A stretch of 64,000 nt of DNA from an uncultured Gammaproteobacteria bacterium (lineage in GTDB: Bacteria > Patescibacteriota > Microgenomatia > Levybacterales > UBA12049): assembly GCA_964637955.1 (NCBI GenBank), contig CAZWXQ010000001.1, positions 21,936-85,935 of the forward strand, written 5' to 3'. The position numbers and the translations under genes are program-made. Shown here piece by piece: positions 10,151-18,315 of this stretch. How positions within the stretch are numbered: position 1 is the first letter of the stretch; every line of letters begins with the position of its first letter. A model generated the notes under the pieces. The model saw only the letters and a program-made list of their open reading frames with translations, was not told the DNA's origin and did no database searches.

Positions 10151-10537
10151 TTATTTTCTAATTTTTAATATTATAAAGCTTGCAATAGATATTTCTATTA
10201 AACTCAAAGGAACTGCAAATATCAAAATATTTAGTGGTAACACTTTTAAATTCCATAATGAAATCCACATTAGGATAAATCCTGCTAACCAAGACAGAAT
10301 AATACTTTGAGAAAATGTAAATTTAGTATTAATGAAATAAATTAATACAGCAAAACAAAGTGACCAAACGCCCCATGTCGCACCATTTATAGGTGTATCT
10401 GGAAAAATTAATCCTAAACGTTCAAAATGATTAACCCACATTGATTTAAATAAAATCTCATTTCTTAAAAATTCAGAAAAACTAATCCATAAAGTTGCCG
10501 CAAATATTGCTAACACTGAATATTTATTTAATTTCAT
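10151..10537 (-). CDS. Small 4-TM membrane protein
   Basis: Hydrophobic ORF (WIS.SEFLRNE) with its own leaderless promoter. Confidence 0.7.
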   Translation of the reverse strand: MKLNKYSVLAIFAATLWISFSEFLRNEILFKSMWVNHFERLGLIFPDTPINGATWGVWSLCFAVLIYFINTKFTFSQSIILSWLAGFILMWISLWNLKVLPLNILIFAVPLSLIEISIASFIILKIRK

Positions 10538-10599
10538 AATAAAATTATATCAAAGGTTCTAATCTATTCCATGGTAGAAATAAATTGATATTTTAAAAC

Positions 10600-10649
10600 T
10601 AGGCTAATTTATTTGGTTCCACCTAATAGAAAATGTCAGAACATATTTC
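10600..10649 (+). repeat. Array junction J1
   Basis: TAGGCT-AATTTATTTG-GTTCC-N17-AGAACATATTTC. Confidence 0.75.
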
Positions 10650-10683
10650 ATTAGTCGAATGTATTATGTATAATTTATTCACT

Positions 10684-10923
10684 ATGAAAACAATGACTTG
10701 TAAACAGCTCGCTGGCGCTTGCGACATGGAGTTTCATACGGAGACATTTGATGAAGTGGCAAAGCTAAGTCAGCAACACGGAATGGAAATGTTTCAAAAG
10801 GGAGATGTTCCACATCTTGCTGCACAACAGGAGATGATGAAGATGATGTCCGACCCAAATGCTATGCAAAAATGGATGGACGAAAAGCGAAAAGAATTTG
10901 ACCTACTCCCAGAAGACAAATAA
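10684..10923 (+). CDS. DUF1059-like small protein
   Basis: MKTMTCKQLAGACDMEF...HG motif; ATG 10684 preferred over the upstream ORF start. Confidence 0.75.
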   Translation: MKTMTCKQLAGACDMEFHTETFDEVAKLSQQHGMEMFQKGDVPHLAAQQEMMKMMSDPNAMQKWMDEKRKEFDLLPEDK

Positions 10924-10963
10924 TCCTCAGGTTCGAGCTCCTAGCTCCCATTTCTGTATTTTC

Positions 10964-11010
10964 AAAACTAAAATATCTGGCGCCGAGCGGTAGATAAATT
11001 CAGAAATTTT
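10964..11010 (+). repeat. Array junction J2
   Basis: AAAACT-AAAATATCTG-GCGCC-N17-AGAAATTTT; arm nearly identical to the J5 arm (GAGCGRTAGATAAATTCAGAAATT). Confidence 0.75.
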
Positions 11011-11462
11011 TAAGATAAAATTCTTTTTGCAGCGATTGGTTTGTAGTATTTAATAAACTTACCAAAATTCCAAATACTAGTACCATTATCAATTAAATTT
11101 GAATGATAGATTTTATTATCTCCGCAGTATATTGCAGTATGTAGTCTAATTATCCAATCTTTTCTATTTAATTCTTTATTTTCAATTCTAATTTTATCTG
11201 CATATATAATATCTCCCTCTTTAAGAAGATTTAAGGAATCTTTGGTAAAAAATCCTTCTTTAATAATAAATTTTCCAACTTTATTAAATGCTTTAGGATT
11301 TAAAAGTAATTCTGATTTGTAAAACTTTTTGTGAATTTTATAAAAGTAATATTGTAATGCTAATCTACAGTTTCCCTCATTAAATTCATCTTTTTTAAGA
11401 TCTCTTAAAAGTAATGGCCCTTTATCAAATTGATATTTAAAATGTTTTAAATCTTTTAACAT
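11010..11462 (-). CDS. NlpC/P60-like (papain-fold) hypothetical protein
   Basis: GNC...KEGDIIY...LHTAIYCG..KIYHS Cys/His pattern. Confidence 0.6.
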   Translation of the reverse strand: MLKDLKHFKYQFDKGPLLLRDLKKDEFNEGNCRLALQYYFYKIHKKFYKSELLLNPKAFNKVGKFIIKEGFFTKDSLNLLKEGDIIYADKIRIENKELNRKDWIIRLHTAIYCGDNKIYHSNLIDNGTSIWNFGKFIKYYKPIAAKRILS

Positions 11463-11524
11463 TTTCAAATTATATCAGAGGTCTTAATCCTGTTCGTGGT
11501 AGGAGCAGATTGATTTATTTAACT

Positions 11525-11598
11525 GAGGCAAATTTATTTGACTCCGCTGGCAGGCATTTGCCCTGCAAGGATTGAAGGAAAAAAATCCGAACTTATTA
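11525..11598 (+). repeat. Array junction J3 (with short internal insertion)
   Basis: GAGGCA-AATTTATTTG-ACTCC-GCTGGCAG[insert]AAAATCCGAACTTATTA. Confidence 0.7.
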
Positions 11599-12204
11599 TG
11601 CTTCAATAATTTGATGCTTATTATCCTTAATTAAAATTGCTTGCTGATCAGTTATTGGAATAATTTTATATTTATCTGAATATTCTTTAAGCACTTTATT
11701 ATGGAGTGTGGAATATTTTGCGTTTTTAAAATGAGGTAATATAACAAAATCTACTAATCCAAATCCTTCGCTAGATTCTAAATTTGCTTCACTTGGATCA
11801 TCAAAGTCTTTAACAGATTCAATGTTTGGGCCTGCTATAACTGATCCAGCACTTGAGCCGATATATATAACACCTTCACTAATTAATCTCTCAACAACTT
11901 TATCAAAACCACTATTCTTAGCTTTTTCTAATAAATAGAAAGTATTTCCGCCTGCCACAAAAATAATATCCACATTTTTCAAGCTCTTTTCAAGATCTTC
12001 TACGCTTTTATTTTTTAAATCTAAATCAAATACTTTAAAACCTAGCTCTGTTAGTTTATTTCTGTCATCTTCTATCCATGGTTTATTCTCATACGGATCT
12101 GCAGCTGTTGGAATAAAACCTAAAGATAAGTTTTCGGGTTTTTGATCTAATAAAGGTAAGAGTAAATGAAGCGTCTTTGATGCTTGAGAGGTCAAGAATA
12201 ACAT
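11596..12204 (-). CDS. Peptidase S51 (dipeptidase E-like)
   Basis: FIPTA, VAGGNTFYLL, YIGSSAGS, ILPH. Confidence 0.9.
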   Translation of the reverse strand: MLFLTSQASKTLHLLLPLLDQKPENLSLGFIPTAADPYENKPWIEDDRNKLTELGFKVFDLDLKNKSVEDLEKSLKNVDIIFVAGGNTFYLLEKAKNSGFDKVVERLISEGVIYIGSSAGSVIAGPNIESVKDFDDPSEANLESSEGFGLVDFVILPHFKNAKYSTLHNKVLKEYSDKYKIIPITDQQAILIKDNKHQIIEA

Positions 12205-12223
12205 AAGGTGATTATAGCAGAAT

Positions 12224-12272
12224 GAGGCTAAAAATTTCGTTCTGCTAGCAAGAGAAGATTAGAACTTATTTC
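12224..12272 (+). repeat. Array junction J4
   Basis: GAGGCT-N9-GTTCT-N17-AGAACTTATTTC. Confidence 0.75.
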
Positions 12273-12292
12273 ATCGCATTAATTTGAAATTT

Positions 12293-12784
12293 TTATTGGG
12301 AGAAATATTCAGTTATTTTTGTAGGAGTTAAAACAATACTTACTCGCTCTTCTCTAGAAAACTCTTCAGACATTATTTGCTCAGCACCTTCTGGATCCAT
12401 ATATCGCTCTGCTAAGTGCCTAATGTCTCTTTGTGAAGCTTCATGATCATCATTTAATAAAACTGAGCCTCTCATTGTCACATACTGATAATTTCCTCTG
12501 CTTACTAAAAACGATACATGGGGATTTTCTTGTAAATGCCTATACTTATGCCTGAACTTAGCAGTATTCATTAGGATTGTGCCGTCATCTTGAAGGGCAT
12601 ACCACATTTCTGTCTGAACAATTTCTCCATCTGGTCTTAAAACGGCGAGAATACCTTTCAGGGGTTTTCTCTCAAAAGGTTCAATCAAAAGTTCGCGAGC
12701 ACGGTCTGAAAATCCTACACCTGTAACAATTTCTCTTGTTGGTGGCTCCACTGTAATTATTCCTTGATCATCTGCTTCTGTCAT
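12293..12784 (-). CDS. PPOX-class (pyridoxamine 5'-phosphate oxidase-like) split-barrel protein
   Basis: LRPDG...MWY, NT..R.KYRHLQENPHVS, YVTMRG, LAERY, EERVSIVLTP. Confidence 0.8.
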   Translation of the reverse strand: MTEADDQGIITVEPPTREIVTGVGFSDRARELLIEPFERKPLKGILAVLRPDGEIVQTEMWYALQDDGTILMNTAKFRHKYRHLQENPHVSFLVSRGNYQYVTMRGSVLLNDDHEASQRDIRHLAERYMDPEGAEQIMSEEFSREERVSIVLTPTKITEYFSQ

Positions 12785-12805
12785 GGGGCAAATTATATCA
12801 TAATT

Positions 12806-12975
12806 GAGGCTAAAAATGATGCACCGCGACTAGTCCTTTGGCAAGTTCAGGATTACGAATTGCGCTAAGACTCATTCTCCGATGAATTCTATTCAAAAGA
12901 AGTCATAAAAAAATCCACCGCAAATGGGTGGATTATTTTATGAGCTCCGAGCGATAGATAAATTCAGAAATTATT
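12806..12975 (+). repeat. Long-form junction J5: diverged copy of the DNA immediately downstream of tRNA-Asn, plus junction arm
   Basis: Aligns with 18168-18316 over ~140 bp including hairpin 12903-12943 and GCTCCG core, then N17-AGAAATTATT. Confidence 0.85.
12903..12943. terminator. Hairpin, putative intrinsic terminator
   Basis: TCATAAAAAAATCCACC / GGTGGATTATTTTATGA inverted repeat with A/T tracts. Confidence 0.6.
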
Positions 12976-12991
12976 ATGTTAATATTTAGAT

Positions 12992-13423
12992 ATGGAAGAT
13001 TATCAGCTTGTTTTAGAAGAGGGTGAGCCTAATCCTGAAGATAAAAAAGTTATTGTGGATGGCTTACTTGAAAACCATGCTAGTAGTGGTCATCCGCGAG
13101 AGCCAAAAGAAATCTTTTCAATTCTTTTGAAAAATAATGATGGAAAGTTAATAGGAGGAGTAATTGCCTCTATTCTTTGGAATGGAATGGAGATTGATTC
13201 TTTATGGATAGAGAAATCACTTAGAGGAAAAGGCGAAGGAGGAAAACTCATTGAAGCTGCGGAAAAAGAAGGTTTAAAAAGAGGTTGCACAATTTCCTAT
13301 ACAAATACATTCTCATGGCAAGCGCCTGAATTTTATGAAAAGATGGGATACTCTCTGTATGGAAAGTTGGATGGATTTCCAGAAGGAAACAGTCTTAGTT
13401 ATTACTTCAAAAAATTATCTTGA
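12992..13423 (+). CDS. GNAT N-acetyltransferase
   Basis: LWIEKSLRGKGEGGKL, TFSWQAPEFYEKMGY. Confidence 0.9.
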   Translation: MEDYQLVLEEGEPNPEDKKVIVDGLLENHASSGHPREPKEIFSILLKNNDGKLIGGVIASILWNGMEIDSLWIEKSLRGKGEGGKLIEAAEKEGLKRGCTISYTNTFSWQAPEFYEKMGYSLYGKLDGFPEGNSLSYYFKKLS

Positions 13424-13455
13424 ATTTGGATCCTATAAATAAGTGAAGTTATTAA

Positions 13456-13983
13456 TTATTTTGTCGGATAAATCCTATATTCAACTTCATCCAACATATT
13501 TCCTGCCATATTTTTCTTTTTATATTCATCTTCTATTACTCCTCCTAATGATTCTGCAATTTTTCTACTTGGAATATTTCTACTATCAACTGGATAAATT
13601 ATATATTTATAAGATTTATTTTTATCTATCCATTCTTTCAAAGACTTAACTGCTTCTCTTCCATATTTATGTCCATGAGCACTTTTTTTAATCCAAATGC
13701 CAAGCTCAGGAGTATCTGTATTAAACTTACTAACACCACCATGACCAATAAATTCATTTGTAAGTTTATTTAGAATAACAACTTGTAGCTGCTCTCCTTT
13801 TTCCATCGCTCTTCTAGAAATGTTAATAAAAGACAAGGTTTCTTCAATCTTTTTTGCTGGCTTAGGATACATTAAGACTGTTAATTCATCAGAAAATTCT
13901 TTAAAAATATCTTGGGCATATTTATCAGATGTTGGAACAAGTTTTAGTCTTTCTGATTCTATAATAACACTAAGTAAATTCAT
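13456..13983 (-). CDS. GNAT N-acetyltransferase (RimJ/RimL-like)
   Basis: ESERLKL, ELGIWI..AHGHKYGREA, NIPSRKIAESLGG. Confidence 0.9.
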   Translation of the reverse strand: MNLLSVIIESERLKLVPTSDKYAQDIFKEFSDELTVLMYPKPAKKIEETLSFINISRRAMEKGEQLQVVILNKLTNEFIGHGGVSKFNTDTPELGIWIKKSAHGHKYGREAVKSLKEWIDKNKSYKYIIYPVDSRNIPSRKIAESLGGVIEDEYKKKNMAGNMLDEVEYRIYPTK

Positions 13984-14008
13984 GATTTGATTATACCAGA
14001 AGCATTTT

Positions 14009-14053
14009 GAGGCTAACTTGCTCCACCTAGTAGAAAATGTCAGAACCTATTTC
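14009..14053 (+). repeat. Array junction J6
   Basis: GAGGCT-N5-GCTCC-ACCTAGTAGAAAATGTC-AGAACCTATTTC; arm nearly identical to J1. Confidence 0.8.
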
Positions 14054-14054
14054 C

Positions 14055-14558
14055 TTAATCAAAGTTCTTTTTAATTATCTCTAGACAATCATCTAAAGAG
14101 GTCTTTTCTGTATCTAAAATAATCGCTCCATCAATGGGATTGTTTAAAACTTTTAAATATAATTGTTCGATCAAGTCTTTTCCAAAATGAGGTCTATTAT
14201 ATTTCTCAGCTCTCTCGTCTTCTCTTTTTTGTAACGTTTCTAAAGAGCATTGTAATTGATAAATGACAACTGGAACATTTTTAGATTTAGCTAATTCGAT
14301 AGCAGCAATAGCATGTTCTGGATTTTTGAAAATCCCATCAAAAACTACACTAAATCCATCCGACAATAAGCGATCTACAACTGCGAGAGCAATATTATTT
14401 ACCTCATCTAATGAGTCACCCGAGTCTTCAGAAAAAAAAGGTTTGAGATTATCAATCTTAAGCCAAACAACTTGCAATTCTTTACTTCTTAATTTCTCAC
14501 CTAACGTAGTTTTTCCACTAGCAGGTGCACCCCGGAGTATTACTAGTGATTGTTTCAT
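14055..14558 (-). CDS. P-loop kinase / AAA_33-like protein
   Basis: Walker A GAPASGKT, VVFDG, CSLETLQKR lid. Confidence 0.8.
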   Translation of the reverse strand: MKQSLVILRGAPASGKTTLGEKLRSKELQVVWLKIDNLKPFFSEDSGDSLDEVNNIALAVVDRLLSDGFSVVFDGIFKNPEHAIAAIELAKSKNVPVVIYQLQCSLETLQKREDERAEKYNRPHFGKDLIEQLYLKVLNNPIDGAIILDTEKTSLDDCLEIIKKNFD

Positions 14559-14606
14559 TATTAAATTATAACAGGTTCGATCGTCCTATTCGGGGTACTA
14601 GAAATT

Positions 14607-14645
14607 GAGGCTAAAATACGTTGCCCCCTAAAGGACTTATTCATC
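14607..14645 (+). repeat. Array junction J7 (right arm shortened)
   Basis: GAGGCT-AAAATACGTT-GCCCC ... GGACTTATTCATC. Confidence 0.6.
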
Positions 14646-14667
14646 AACAGAGAGATTGAGTTTGACT

Positions 14668-14985
14668 TTATACTTGAGGATCTTGAGGTTTTCTATCCAT
14701 TACTGGTTCCACATTAAACTGTGTTTCATGTACAAAATATCTAACATATCCGAACTCTGGAGGATTCTCTCTTGACTGAACTATCTCATCATCTGTGTCA
14801 AGCATTGCCACTCTACCATCCATTAAAACTACTTCCGTTGGTCCTTTTAAAACAACAGCAGGCCAAAGAAATGATGAATCAGGATCTCTTTTATCTCTCC
14901 ATTTCCATGAAGCTGGTTCGCCCAATGTTTGGAGAGATTCAGGGGTTACTGTTCTTAAGTCTATATGTCTGGGGATTTCGGCCAT
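14668..14985 (-). CDS. Hypothetical protein
   Basis: 105-aa ORF with protein-like composition between J7 and J8. Confidence 0.6.
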   Translation of the reverse strand: MAEIPRHIDLRTVTPESLQTLGEPASWKWRDKRDPDSSFLWPAVVLKGPTEVVLMDGRVAMLDTDDEIVQSRENPPEFGYVRYFVHETQFNVEPVMDRKPQDPQV

Positions 14986-15025
14986 GCAGCAAAGATATAA
15001 TAATAGATTTTTTTGTCAATAATAT

Positions 15026-15180
15026 GGTGATTCGTGACTATGTCCTTCCGAGGATATCCGCTCATAAATTCGCTTCAAGACTCAAGAGAGTTCTATTCAA
15101 AAGAAATCATAAAAATTGCTGGATAAAATCCGACTTCTTTTTATGAGCTCAATGCAATGGAAGAATTTAGAATTTATTTT
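15026..15180 (+). repeat. Long-form junction J8
   Basis: GTTCTATTCAAAAGAAATCATAAAAA...CGACTTCTTTTTATGAGCTC matches 18255-18314; then N17-AGAATTTATTTT. Confidence 0.8.
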
Positions 15181-15183
15181 GGA

Positions 15184-15591
15184 TTATGAGTTCCACATTT
15201 GAGGGGTAAGTATAGGAATATTTAGATTAGTTCTTTCACGAGTTTTATCGCCATAATCATTCCCATTTTTTATCATCATATTGATTTTATTATGATGGAA
15301 ATTCAAATACATTTCTGCTTTTACTTTATCATTTTTTTTCTTGTTCCAATTTTGCTTTAGCTTCGTAAGTCTGTGCTTCGATTGAAAATACTTGAAGAGC
15401 AATTTCTGTTTCATGATAAGTAGTCGTAGTATAAGAATATTGGTCGTTGAATTGCCACCTAAGGTCTTTATTACTATAGTTTTAGTTAATTGCTCCCATG
15501 ATTTGAATTGTGGGTGTTCTGAGTTAGGTAAATCACGCAATGAAGAAATTGATTTTATTTGATTGCATATTAGCTCTGAATTGTTTAACAT
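15184..15591 (-). CDS. Hypothetical protein, possibly degraded
   Basis: ATG 15591 lies 7 nt after TGtTATAAT; the longer ORF start at 15783 is unlikely. Confidence 0.35.
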   Translation of the reverse strand: MLNNSELICNQIKSISSLRDLPNSEHPQFKSWEQLTKTIVIKTLGGNSTTNILILRLLIMKQKLLFKYFQSKHRLTKLKQNWNKKKNDKVKAEMYLNFHHNKINMMIKNGNDYGDKTRERTNLNIPILTPQMWNS

Positions 15592-15786
15592 TCCACTGAT
15601 TATAACAGAGGAATTATTTAATCTATATGGAATTTTAAAATGAGATATTAACATAATCCTAATGGAGTGATGTTTGATGTATGGCTCGTGCTCTGCTGGT
15701 ATGCGTTTGTCATGAGCGAAATCGGAAGAAAAGATTACATCGGATGATTTGATTTCAAGGGGCATTGAGAGTAGAATATCCATCCA

Positions 15787-17130
15787 ATGAGCGCAGAAAA
15801 ACTAGATTTATCATATAAACCTGCAAATCCAGTTGCGGGAGATAATAGGTATGGATTGATGGTTTTTCCATCTTTAGATGATTCTTTTTATGGAAGAGAA
15901 AAAAGACTTTTATTGACTCAAAGACTTGAACCATCGGTATTATATGTTGCTCCTCAAGAAGGTCAATCTGAATTTATTTGGGATAATCAACCTAGAGAGG
16001 GCGTAGATCAATATATTTGTTCCGTATACACAAGAGGATGGAATGAATTTAGAAAATTCGCAGAGCAAGTAGGAAGAGAAAAAGTGGTAGCCGGAGGATA
16101 TCACCCAACTGCGATTCCAGAGGATGCATTTAAAGTGGCTCATCAGGTTGTCGCAGGTTATTGTGGAAATATAGATGAGATTTTGGCACAACCTGATGGA
16201 ATTTATACAGGACTTTTTGCATTTACTCCAATGAGAAGAGATCTCATAGATCAGAGAGATTTGAAACAAGTTTATCCAGACGTTCAATCGGAACATATCG
16301 TTGGATCCATGGTTTCATCCGTCGGATGTCCTTTCGATTGTGATTTTTGTTCAACCCCCAAGATGTCGAATAGAAGAATGAGAGTTTCTCCCATGGAATA
16401 CGCTGAACAAGAAATTGCGGATCTTCAGTCAAGAGGGGTAAATTCCGTTTTTGTTAGAGATGAGAGTTTTGCGACAAATCCTCAGATAGTGGAAGTGGCT
16501 AGAATGTTTAAGGGAAAATTTGATTTAGTTTATTCTTTTGGGACAGGAAATGTAATGGGATTAAATGAAGATCTAGTAAGGCAATTAGGTGATTTTGGCT
16601 GGCACTCTTTAAATTTCGGATTAGAAGACGTGGGGAAAAATTATAGAAAAAATAAACTTCTTCAGCGAGCAGCAGACAACTGTAGAGAAAATGGTATAGG
16701 CGTGGTTTTATCATTTATAGTAAATCCTGATGGGAAAACACAAGACGAAGCGAGAGCAAATTATCAAGCTTTATATCAAGCGTTTAATGAGTTAAAACCT
16801 TGGCAAGTCTGTGCCAATTTCCTTATGCCTATGCCAGGAACTGCAATATGGGAACAATATAAGAGTAGAATTACTGAAGCAGATTTTGATAAATTTGATT
16901 CCAAAACTCCTATACTTTGTCCACCAGATTTAGTGGAATGGCATAGGAGAATGATAGTAGCTGTACAGTTAAAATACTATTACAGCAAGCTTTATAATAC
17001 ACAAGTAAGAAGATTTGAAAATGGAGACACATTACACCTAAGAATAGAGGAATTAAAAAAAGAATTTGGATTTGAAAATCATGATTGGGATGAGTTTCTA
17101 AAATTCCCTACTAATACATCAAATGAGTAA
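15787..17130 (+). CDS. Radical SAM protein with N-terminal B12-binding-like domain
   Basis: GGYHPT, GCPFDCDFC (CxxxCxxC), DESF, FGLE, LMPMPGT. Confidence 0.85.
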   Translation: MSAEKLDLSYKPANPVAGDNRYGLMVFPSLDDSFYGREKRLLLTQRLEPSVLYVAPQEGQSEFIWDNQPREGVDQYICSVYTRGWNEFRKFAEQVGREKVVAGGYHPTAIPEDAFKVAHQVVAGYCGNIDEILAQPDGIYTGLFAFTPMRRDLIDQRDLKQVYPDVQSEHIVGSMVSSVGCPFDCDFCSTPKMSNRRMRVSPMEYAEQEIADLQSRGVNSVFVRDESFATNPQIVEVARMFKGKFDLVYSFGTGNVMGLNEDLVRQLGDFGWHSLNFGLEDVGKNYRKNKLLQRAADNCRENGIGVVLSFIVNPDGKTQDEARANYQALYQAFNELKPWQVCANFLMPMPGTAIWEQYKSRITEADFDKFDSKTPILCPPDLVEWHRRMIVAVQLKYYYSKLYNTQVRRFENGDTLHLRIEELKKEFGFENHDWDEFLKFPTNTSNE

Positions 17131-17605
17131 ACCTACGCTTGGTCTAGTACTTGGTAGATTCCAGCCTCTTCACCCGGGACATCTTTCCTTGATTGACACA
17201 GCATTTAAAGAAAACGATTCTGTTGTGATTTGTATTGGCTCAGCGCAAAAAGCTGAGCCTTATACTATAGAAGAACGACATGAACAAATGAAAAAACAAT
17301 TAGATGTACTTCATTATTCTCAAGAAAAATATAGAATTGTTGATCTTATTGACCCCGATCCTATACAAATATGGCCGCCCTATGTAAAAGATACTTGCAG
17401 AATAACGGATGAAACAGTTAACAGATTTTACAGAGCAGAGACACTTCCTGATGAATATGCGCGAGAATTAAACAGCTTAGGATTTGAACTTAGGATTGTT
17501 CCTAGGGTATCATTTTATATTGAGGGTAATGATGGACTATATAGATCTGTAAGTTCGGCAACGGAATTACGGGAAGTAAGAGGAATTGGAAAAGAAAGAG
17601 CTTAA
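17123..17605 (+). CDS. Cytidylyltransferase-family nucleotidyltransferase (NMN adenylyltransferase-like)
   Basis: GRFQPLHPGH (HxGH), IGSAQ, SATELR; overlaps radical SAM stop. Confidence 0.85.
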   Translation: MSKPTLGLVLGRFQPLHPGHLSLIDTAFKENDSVVICIGSAQKAEPYTIEERHEQMKKQLDVLHYSQEKYRIVDLIDPDPIQIWPPYVKDTCRITDETVNRFYRAETLPDEYARELNSLGFELRIVPRVSFYIEGNDGLYRSVSSATELREVRGIGKERA

Positions 17606-17637
17606 TCTATTCTGGCAGATAAAATCCGAACTTATTA
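17605..17637 (+). repeat. Array junction J9 (right arm)
   Basis: CTGGCAGATAAAATCCGAACTTATTA, shared with J3. Confidence 0.7.
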
Positions 17638-18147
17638 TAGTTCTGTGACAGAGGCTATTTGAGAGGTATATTTGCCCATCCACTTTAATCCATTCTCTAG
17701 ATTTTCTTTGTTAGTTGCTCCTACTGCTTCTTTTACTACAATTACCTTATAGCCTCTTTCATTTGCAGCGTCACTTGTTGATTGAACACAAACATGGGAA
17801 ACAAGTCCACAAAGCCATACGGTCTCAATTTTATTTTTCTTTAGAATAATATCTAATTCTTTGACACTGAATGCACTATAGTTTTCTTTTTCAAATACAT
17901 GATCATCTTTCATAATTTCTAATTCATCAATAAGTTCTGCTTCCTTAGTTCCTTTAATCATCAAATATTTACTATTAAATCTACTAATAGTTTTTGGATT
18001 ATCAATAATTTTAAAATAAAATATAGGAATATTTTTTTCCCTTGCTATATTTATTAGTGACAAAAGATTCTTTTTAAAATCTTCTGGTTTATAAAGATGA
18101 GGCATCATTCCTTTTTGAACATCAATTACAAGTAATGCTGTATTCAT
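17635..18147 (-). CDS. Isochorismatase-family cysteine hydrolase
   Basis: ALLVIDVQ, K..YSAF, CGLVSHVCVQST..A.ERGY. Confidence 0.9.
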   Translation of the reverse strand: MNTALLVIDVQKGMMPHLYKPEDFKKNLLSLINIAREKNIPIFYFKIIDNPKTISRFNSKYLMIKGTKEAELIDELEIMKDDHVFEKENYSAFSVKELDIILKKNKIETVWLCGLVSHVCVQSTSDAANERGYKVIVVKEAVGATNKENLENGLKWMGKYTSQIASVTEL

Positions 18148-18167
18148 GGGGAAATTATAACAGATTT

Positions 18168-18315
18168 GAGGCTAAAAAACGGTGCTCAGTGACTAGTCCT
18201 TCGACATGCTCAGGATTGCGAATTGCGATTCGCTTAGACTCATTTTTCGAAGAGTTCTATTCAAGAGAAACCATAAAAAAAGCCGAGCAAAACTCGACTT
18301 CTTTTTATGAGCTCC
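18168..18315 (+). repeat. Long-form junction J10 abutting the tRNA-Asn 3' end
   Basis: GAGGCT-N10-GCTCAGTGACTAG, REP-like TCCTTCGACATGCTCAGGA, hairpin 18272-18309, GCTCC core. Confidence 0.85.
18272..18309 (-). terminator. Putative intrinsic terminator of tRNA-Asn
   Basis: CATAAAAAAAGCCGAG-CAAAA-CTCGACTTCTTTTTATG hairpin directly after the tRNA 3' end. Confidence 0.65.
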
